Positions 54,582 to 64,000 of a DNA stretch of 64,000 nucleotides are shown piece by piece. This stretch comes from Eledone cirrhosa (Eukaryota), in assembly GCA_964016885.1 (NCBI GenBank), contig OZ024741.1:197222001-197286000 (forward strand), given 5' to 3'. A program made the translations under genes and the position numbers. The number at the start of each line of letters is the position of its first letter. Positions within the stretch are counted from its first letter, which is position 1. The notes beneath the pieces are model-generated. The model searched no databases and had not been told where the DNA came from. It saw only the letters and a list, made by a program, of their open reading frames with translations.

Positions 54582-55268
54582 TTAGGGTTGGACAGAAAGT
54601 TCCCGTCGTTTTTCAAAAGGAGGAAATTGGTAAAGTTTTTTTCGAAATGTTGAAGGTTGCGCATGCGAAGGACGTTTGTATGCACTATCTGCATTTATCA
54701 TTTTCTGTTACAACGTCAAACAGGAAATAACAGGGATCTATCCAAATCGTTTATTCGTGGCTGTTTACTTTATTATTTAAAATCTGGCCTAAGCTGGTGG
54801 AAGCCGACACATGTTTGGGGTATCGAAAACAACCATCCTCAATCACTTGCATTCAATAGAGGTGTCAAAGCTTGACCAATAGGTGCCCCACAATTTGACT
54901 GACCGAAATCGTGAATGTCAGGCAGCAGCTATGACTTCTCTGTTCTCCTACCATCGCTCAACCTACTGGTTATATTCCATTGTCACTGGTGGTGAAAAAT
55001 GGTGTCTCTACATTAATGTCAAATGTAATGATCAATACTATGCGGTCAAAGACCTTCGCTTATGATATTCAGTTAAATCAGTGGCTGGCGGAATTCTTTG
55101 CATCGAAGCCAGAAGAATTATACTGGGATGGAATCATGTACCTTCCTAAACGAGGGAGGACGTTAATCGTAAATGGTGACATATAATTTGACTTATAACA
55201 TTTTTCTAATGTTAAAAGACACCAAAATCAATAAAAATTAAAAAAACGGTGAGAAATTTCTGTCCAAC

Positions 55269-55272
<4 letters not shown>
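54582..55272 (+). mobile_element. Internally deleted mariner
   Basis: TIRs TA|ttagggttggacagaaa...tttctgtccaacctaa|TA. Motifs VPHNL, IVTGGEKW and FFASKP...GI..LP.R. Confidence 0.88.
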
Positions 55273-55339
<67 letters not shown>

Positions 55340-55341
<2 letters not shown>

Positions 55342-55602
55342 GTGGTTACACAACAGTTAGTTCACCATACCGAGAACAATTGTTTCACCTTAGCGGATCC
55401 TCAGCTCGTAATGGGCATGGTTATACAGAACAGGTCCTTCCTGTTCTGTATAACCATGCCCATTACGAGCTGAGGATCCGCTAAGGTGAAACAATTGTTC
55501 TCGGTATGGTGAACTAACTGTTGTGTAACCACTTATACCTAATTCGTCCCTTGGACTGAGTTCTCTACCACTACGGATATTACCTTCCACTGTTCTACCA
55601 CT
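55340..55602. mobile_element. Perfect 95-bp-arm palindrome carrying two opposed HHRs, in (TA)n
   Basis: Arms at 55340-55434 and 55440-55534 around a tcctt loop. The tail to 55602 is shared with 50200-50275. Confidence 0.9.
55464..55507 (+). ncRNA. Minimal type I hammerhead ribozyme (mirror copy on - strand at 55367-55410)
   Basis: cgag CTGAGGA t-cc-gctaa-gg-t GAAA c-aatt-g TT ctcg, with a palindromic AATT loop III. Confidence 0.75.
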
Positions 55603-55724
55603 ATATATATATAATATATATATAAGGTTTCACGAGGCTCGATAAGGATAAATATATATCAAATATATAAGAACCCTACAGCAAATCCCGAGCAACGCCG
55701 GGCCATTCTGCTTGTATATATATA

Positions 55725-56070
55725 TAGTTATACTTGGGGAGGGTCATATTGTTGTAATAATATTGCCAGAATTAATAACAGAACACACTCACTGTTTGGT
55801 TGGTTTTCGCTTCTGTATCTTTTATATCAGTTAATTTATTCGGTCCTCAATGTTTACCATTGACTGACTAACGGTAAAAAATACAGATATAATATAGACA
55901 CAAACACATATATATAGTCTAACAAAGTTCTTTCGTTGCACATCTGCAACATCGTCAGTGGTGCTATTATGTTTCCTCCTGTTGTATTTTATGTCTACGC
56001 CATCTTTATTTAATCTGTTTATTTATTTATTTATTTATTTTTGTCTTCTCCTCTGCGCATGCGTTTGCGT
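55725..56070 (-). mobile_element. Solo PLE pLTR fragment with HHR motif at 55923-55960
   Basis: ggggagggtcat family repeat. Reverse complement reads ca CTGACGA t gttgca-gatg-tgcaac GAAA gaac TT tg. Confidence 0.7.
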
Positions 56071-56118
56071 GTGTGTATAGTATTTGATATGTGTTCGTGT
56101 TTCTACAAAAGAGAAAGT

Positions 56119-56160
<42 letters not shown>

Positions 56161-56673
56161 TGAACAGAAATTTTGGCGTCTTTCAGCATTAGAAAAACTT
56201 TTCAAGTCAAATTATACGTCATCATGTGTGTATGTGTATGTGTGTGTGTGTGTTTGTGTGTGCGCGCGCATTTATTTTCTTTAGAATCAATAGAATAGTT
56301 GTTTTTTCTTTCATCTCGCTACTTTGAATCTGATCTGTCATTTGGTGATTTTCGTGCAAACGTCCTGATGTTGTTCGGTCCCCAAAATAAAATTCAAATA
56401 CATAAGCGAGAACTTGAGATTATTTTCGTGTAAATCAGACTGCTTGTATATATAATCGTGAACTAGGTTCATATTAACCCCAACGTTTATCATTTCCATT
56501 AATAACAATTTGTAAGAAGAAGCTCCACAAGCGGGAGTGGTTGATGCAGCGAGTATCGCTGGCTGTTCTTCACAACTAAGCTTTCGTCTAGTCCGTGGGG
56601 TGCAGCTAAAGATATAGCGCTTAGCCAGGGAAGTAGAGTCTGCCTCTGCCTTTCTTTCTCTTTTATTTCATTA

Positions 56674-58420
56674 CACCGTGTAACAAAAACATTTTTTTCT
56701 CTGTTCCTGGCTTGTAATCACTTTTTTTGTGTTGCTTAGGTCCCAAATAAATAAAAAGGTGCTCCTAAACAGTTAAAAGTTTAGCTTTGTAAACATTTAA
56801 AGCTATTCACTAGAATTATTTGTATGCTGGATTTTACGTTGTATGTAAGTTTAATTTGCTTATGTTAAATGATTTTTTTTTAAATATATGTTTCAGGTTA
56901 AATTAAAATTATAAAATAAAGAATAATACCTAAAGAAAATTATAAAAGTGCAATAAAGTATAAAATTGTTAAAAAGTGGATTAAAGAGATTTATTGATAC
57001 TGGATTTTCGCACCCTGAATAAAGGGTAAGTTGTGTTTTAAGCATTCGTCTCCAGGATGAAGCAGTGGAACTTGGTCAAGGAGGAAGTGCAAGTGACAAG
57101 TCAGAGAAGTCGACACGAACCTTTCTCAGGCTTTTACACTCTTAGGGATGGCCTCTGCTTCTGGCATGACGTGTCTGGACTGTTTGACGTTATTGGGGTG
57201 CCGTTTGTGCCCAAGGAGTGGCGGCTATTTATAGACAGCTCCACCACAAGTTTGAAGGCTGTCCTCCTCCACAATGGAAACAAGTTCCCGACACTGCTCC
57301 TAGCTCATTCAGTCTGCCTGAAGGAAGATTACTACAGTGTGAAAGTCCTCTTGGAAGCTCTGCAATACAACCAGTACAATTGGGAAATCATTGGAGACTT
57401 CAAGATGGTGGCTTTCCTGCTTGGACTCCAAGGAGGCTTTATCAAATCCAATGCTTCCTCTGCCTTTAGGACAGCAGAACCACCTCTGACCACTACAAAA
57501 GAAAGAACGGGGAACAGCGAACAGAATTTGTAGTTGGGACCCGGAACGTCATGTGGGAGCCACTGGTTGATTCCAGGATTGTGCTCATGCCGCCACTGCA
57601 CATTAAGTTGGGGTTGATGAAGCAGTTTGTGAAGGCTCTCAACCAAGAATCAGCAGCTTTTAAGTATCTTCTTCAGTTCTTCCCCAAGTTATCTGAGGCC
57701 AAAATCAAAGGTGGAATTTTTGTTGGACCTCAAATAAAGAAGGTGTTTGAGTCTACCGAGTTCTCCAATAAGCTCAATAAGATTGAGAGAACAGCATGGA
57801 ACTGTTTCAAGGCAGTTGTTAAGGGCTTCCTGGGCAACTACAGAGCTGAAAACTACCAGCAACTGGTGCAGGATCTGATAAAGGCTTTTGGCGCCATGGG
57901 ATGCAGGATGTCGCTTAAACTCCATATGCTGGACGCTCACCTGGAAAAATTCAAGGACAATATGGGCACCTACTCAGAAGAACACGGCGAACGATTCCAC
58001 CAAGATGTGAAAGAGATAGAGCGGAGGTACCACGGCCACTACAATGAAAAAATAATTGGGGACTATATCTGGGGGCTAGTGCGGGAATGCGACCTGGACT
58101 ACAACCGCAAATCCAGGAAATCCAGTCATTTCTGACGTGTATAAATTGCTTTATAAGTGTTATTTGTTTTAACTTGTTTGCTTTTGATAAGCTTGTGTAA
58201 TAAAATAAATATATACTCTGTTGATTTAATTATATGAACTGATAAATTAAAAAAAAATGTGTTTTTTCTTGAAAAATATGAAAATTTCGAAATATTAAAC
58301 TCCTGATCACAAACCCAAACTTCTGATTAAATAATAGTGTTTTTATTTTAATAATAATGGGATATAACAAACAATGAAATGACACTTAGAACCGAGGAAC
58401 AAAAAATATGTTACACTGTG
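56674..58420 (+). mobile_element. Chapaev3 (CMC)-type DNA transposon, internally deleted and frameshifted transposase
   Basis: CAC...GTG termini (caccgtgtaaca / tgttacactgtg) and TTA TSD on both sides. Transposase motifs WRLFIDSS..SLKAVLLHNGN, PPLHIKLGLMKQFVKAL and EEHGERFHQD. Confidence 0.88.
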
Positions 58421-60567
58421 TTATTTATGTGAAATACTTTGTTGTTCTTAATTATGTTCTTATTTTGTAAATATTTCACTGTTGTCATGTTTTGGTGAAG
58501 AGTGCTGTTACTCATGGAGTCTGTTTTAATATATAATTTACAATTTGTAGTATATCTACGAAAAATATTTCTAACGATGAAGCTGATCTCATATCTAATC
58601 TGTCTTTTTGTTTAACACCACCACCTAGTTTTTGGCAGCTATTGGCGAAACCCACTCTGCTGCAAGAATTTGGAACATATGTTTTGGACCATATTTCCGG
58701 TATGAGGATAGATAACTCAATGCAATGATCCAACATTCCTCAATGCAGCAGTCCATAACTCATAGCTCCTTCTTCCCTTCCTAAGCACGAGTCCCAGAAG
58801 CCCTGCGTAATATCATGGGCGTTGCCCTTCCTCTTCTAAGTGATTCACTCCAAAAAAGGTCAACGGTCGAGCTTTATTATGACTTCTACTATATATGATA
58901 ATAGTTTAGGCTGGGAGAGTTTTGTCCCATCCTTTTTATTGAAGCTTTGTTAGTGTAATTTATTTTTAACGTTATTGATGTTTTTGAACACTCAGATAAA
59001 CACAGGCAAAACATTTTATAATTATAGTGAACTTGCGATGTTCATTACTTCTTCTAAAGTGTATGCAGTGTACGTTAAGTGAAATGGCTACAAGCAGAGA
59101 CGAATAAAACTCTCACAAGTAGATCCCAACTAAGACTAATTTGTTATTTTTTCTAAAACAATCGATTGAGTTAATGAATCATTCGATGTCCCTCATATAG
59201 AATTTGACAAGATAAAACAAAGAATGAAAAGAAAATTTTGCATAAAAACACAAAGCAGCTGATTAAGCGAACAATAGAGAAACATTCCTTTAAGTCATAC
59301 TTTAAGCCATGATTTCTGATCAGTGCACAAGGATTGCAATTTGTTGGGTGTGGTATTTTATTTTATTGACCTCTGGAACGATGTAAGGCAGAGTTGACCT
59401 CGGTGGGATTTAAAGTCAGAATGTAAAAAGAAGGAACAAATGCCGCAGAGCATTTTATCCGAGGACTCTTCCAATCCACCGAACTCATTTAAACCACAAT
59501 AATAGTAATAGAATCAAGAAAGAAAGAAAAAAAAACAAAAAAACAAAAAACAAAAAAAACAATAACAACAAAACAATAGACCTTTCTTTTTTCCTCCCTC
59601 TCCTTTATTTAGTCATTCCTTTAAAGTTTTAGACTAACAAGCCATGGTTTCAACTATAATTCTAGAAATCAATTTCTTACTTTCTCCTTGTGGTTAATAA
59701 AGAAACCAGGGACTAATAAAGAAATCATTATTCCTTACTTAAACACAAGAACAAATATATAGAAGTAAGGAATAAATTTGCATGACATCCATGCCATACT
59801 TTTAGAAATTGTCAGAAATTATTGACGAATTGAAATGTTTCTTCCAATTGTATGGGTTATGTTTTATCCTCGATTCCTCTAGATTTGGCTTGCACTTTTT
59901 CACAACAATGATTATAATAGTTTCTAATTTAAGCACAAAGCCAACACTTTTGTTGGGAGAAGAGAGTCAATTAAATCGACCCCAGTACTTGAGTAGTACT
60001 TTATTTTATCGACCCCAAAAGGCAAAGTTGATTTTGGCGGTATTTGAACACAGATCGTAAAGAGCTGTAACCAAATCATTATGAAATTAAATATAAGGGA
60101 ATATTTATATCGCATCCACTTTGTTTAGTTTAGTATCGACCTCTGTTTACACAATTATGATATTGCAGATCACTTAGCTGGTTCATAACTTAGTCTATAC
60201 AGAAGAGTACATCTTTCAAAAACCTGTTGACTATAAATATTTCCCAAATTTCTTTTTAATACCAATATCTTTCATTCTTCAAGAAGTAATACTTACATAA
60301 AATGCTCTTTATTTGATAGTTTCAATTTTCATTTTCGCTAAGAATGTTTGAATTTCTAATTGCATGAACTTAAAATTTTGTCATATATTGTTTCACGCTG
60401 ATTAGGCTTGGGAATTACGTTAAAAATACATGTCTGTGAAATAATCAATCACTTGCAAATTAATTTAGAGTGTCGGATGTGCAGTTGATAGAATACTGAA
60501 TGCTCAGCATCAAAATGGATGGAAGATCAAACATCTTATTATAAGATTATAAAGAGAACGCACAGAC

Positions 60568-60655
<88 letters not shown>

Positions 60656-60810
60656 AACACATATATATAATCGCAATCATTTTATTAAGGCTAAACAATG
60701 AGTAATGTTACTCTGGAGTTTCACCTGCTTACACACACACTCTTTAGCCTTAATAAAACTAATATTAAAATCTACCTCGGAACTGAGTACTCTTTTCTCT
60801 CAGCTGACAA

Positions 60811-60854
<44 letters not shown>

Positions 60855-60870
60855 ACACACACACACACAT

Positions 60871-60901
<31 letters not shown>

Positions 60902-61129
60902 GAATAAGAATGCGAAGTAGTTTAAGATGTTAAAGTCCTTTATTGATAAGGCTGGGATACATATTTCAATGAGGACAGTGGCCGCGTGATTCCGCCTAAC
61001 CAGTGCCATGATCTCATCAGACAGCTTCTTACATAATAAGGTTACGTTCTCAAGGCAATCCAAATTAAAACGACAAGGGAACGGACAAAGTGACGTTCTT
61101 GAAGCCTTCGCCCGTTCCCTTGTGAGCCC

Positions 61130-61162
<33 letters not shown>

Positions 61163-61331
61163 ATTACCCTTTAAACTACAGGATCGTCTTTACAGATTTT
61201 AATTAACCGTTTTCAAAGCCACGTAGTTTTATTTTACTGAAATAATCATGAAAATTTTTTGAAAATATGTGATAGATTTCCTTTAACGTAGGTTCTGTCT
61301 GTCTTTTTGTTTTTTTTTTCAGGATGTGTGC

Positions 61332-61399
<68 letters not shown>

Positions 61400-61639
61400 T
61401 AATATAGAAAGTGCTTCTACAGGACTAGAACTGTTTCATTCAAAAGAAATCATCTTATCGGGAAAGCCGACTGCCTTTGTAAAACTGTTTAAAGAACAGG
61501 GATTTTTTAAAGAAACTATTTTAGGTATATACACGATAATAAAAGGACACACGTAAAAGACAAGGTTCACATTCACACTCATCTATCCCAAACACACACA
61601 CATTTGGAGGGTTCATTTATTCTAAGTATTAATATATAT

Positions 61640-62210
61640 TCATATAAACGGGATTGGGTCCAAACGGGTTGCAAAGTCGGGGTGGTAGTGGGGATAAGCT
61701 CCCGCTTCCTACAAAAATGCCCCATACGGCGCGCGTCTCAAATAACCCCTGACAACCTAGTCCAGCTCCTGGCCTTCTCGTGTAGCTTAGTCTCTAAGCC
61801 CGGCGGTCCTGTTTCAAACCGACAGGAGAAGGAAGGAAAAGTGGGTTACTGGCGCCTTACAGTAACCAGTTGCTTCGGACAGATGGGACTCGTCAACCTT
61901 GGTTGGTAGCTCATCTAGGGGAAGGAGAACCCTGATTTTAAAACCACCGCCGCCTTGTGGTATACCCACAAGTCGGTCCGAAGACGGTCTGACATCCTAA
62001 CGTCATTCCGGCAACTACTGCGACGCCGCTGATGCCAAGCTGTATCTACATCCGTCGTTCCCTTGGGGTCATCAGCTGCGTCAAGTGTGTGTGTGTGTGT
62101 GTGTGTGGGGGGGTCTGCTGCCTGGACAACAGCTTGCCCTCTTGAACGTACCTGTCAAAGCCACATAGCTCCACTGGAGAGGACACTCAAGCGTCACGGC
62201 GTCCGGTTAT
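61640..62210 (+). mobile_element. RTE-type LINE 5' UTR-like GC-rich fragment
   Basis: gtccagctcctggccttc...catctaggggaaggagaaccctgat resembles RTE/BovB-like 5' UTRs (from recall, not searched). Confidence 0.5.
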
Positions 62211-62761
62211 ACGACATTCCTCTCTCTTTCTTAGTCTGTCTTTTTAGATAAATACATAGCTATAATGTCGCGCCCTTATAATATGTCTCTGTATATCTGG
62301 CTGTCTGCATAATGAAAACCATTTTGTACATTGACTTCGCTATCTGTGTGTGTTTACGTATAGTGTGTGTATATATATATATAGTGTGTGTATATATATA
62401 TATATATAGTGTTAGTATCATAAATAAGAGACAGTTTAATTTGTACATTTTATTACAGCATTCCTTTATACGTATATATACGTATATATACATACATAAA
62501 CATGTTATTTACAGTTGTATAAAAAAGAAGTATAATTGTTTCTACTTTTGGCACAAGGCCAGCAATTATCCCAGTACATTACTGGTACTTTATTATATAT
62601 AATATATATAATACGACATTCCTCTCTCTTTCTTACTCTGTCTTTTTAGATAGATACATAGTTATAAAGTCGAGTCCTTATAATATCTGTCTGCATTGAC
62701 TTCGCTTCTAACCAACTTTTAATTAATTATATATATATATATATAATTATATATTCGTGTA

Positions 62762-63345
62762 CATATGTTCAACAGTAATACTATACTATACTATATATTT
62801 TCAACAGTAATACTATACTATACTATACTATATGTATTCAACAGTAATACTATACTATATGTATACAACAGTCATACTATACTATATATTTTCAACAGTA
62901 ATACTATACTATACTATACTATATGTATTCAACAGTAATACTATACTATATGTATACAACAGTCATACTATACTATACTATATGTATTCAACAGTAATAC
63001 TATACTATACTATATGTATTCAACAATAATACTATACTATATGTATACAACAGTCATACTATACTATATATGTTCAACAGTAATACTATACTATATGTAT
63101 ACAACAGTCATACTATACTATATATTTTCAACAGTAATACTATACTATACTATACTATATGTATTCAACAGTAATACTATACTATATGTATTCAACAGTC
63201 ATACTATACTATATAGTTTCAACAGTAATACTATACTATATGTATACAACAGTCATACTATACTATATAGTTTCAACAGTCATACTATACTATATAGTTT
63301 CAACAGTAATACTATACTCTATATTTTCAACAATAATACTGTACT
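62762..63345. repeat. Variable-length minisatellite (~27-32 bp) built on (ACTAT)n plus CAACAGT
   Basis: Seen directly in the sequence. Confidence 0.92.
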
Positions 63346-63604
63346 TTAATCTTTTAATGAAATTTAGTAGACAAAAATACCCCCACTTTCTTACTTGGAA
63401 AAAGTTACATCTATGGTGCAAATTTGGTGCCGTTTGGTCCAGCCGTTTGGCGAAAAGTTTGATACATACATACGGCCGTCAGCTTAATTTTCTTTCAAGG
63501 TGTTTGTAGTTTTTCAATATGCATTGTGAAGCCAATTATGTGGGACTTTAATATTGCTCCAAATGAGAGCTTGGAGGAGATCGAAAATGAATTCACAACC
63601 GGTA

Positions 63605-63872
<268 letters not shown>

Positions 63873-64000
63873 ACTTACTAAAATATCACTTCCAACTAAT
63901 GCATCTGTATGTATATATATGTTACTAGATATTAATTCTTTATATATATATATATGTATATATCTTACCGATTGAGAATTCATTTTCGATCTCCTCCATA

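Overview
Repeat-rich, AT-rich eukaryotic genomic DNA, most likely a cephalopod such as Octopus (an inference from the SINE and microsatellite landscape, not confirmed). The only host gene recognised is COA8/APOPT1: three + strand coding exons at 2195-2407, 6303-6451 and 17155-17236, with the 5' exon not identified here. The rest is transposon-derived. It includes several Penelope-like elements (PLEs), RTE LINE fragments, tRNA-derived SINEs, two mariner relics (one interrupted by a solo LTR), a Chapaev3-type transposon, a hAT relic and Helentron/DINE-like elements. A 33-bp satellite array (~27.35-35.99 kb) is split by a young CR1-type LINE whose RT is fused in frame to the satellite. The most notable unexplained layer is about 14 hammerhead-ribozyme (HHR) motifs read by eye. 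Several have non-canonical cores (U3-A8 covariant, A4), and many sit in ORF-less fold-back or tandem mini-elements embedded in (TA)n tracts, especially at 48-56 kb. All calls are from visual inspection; no database searches were run.
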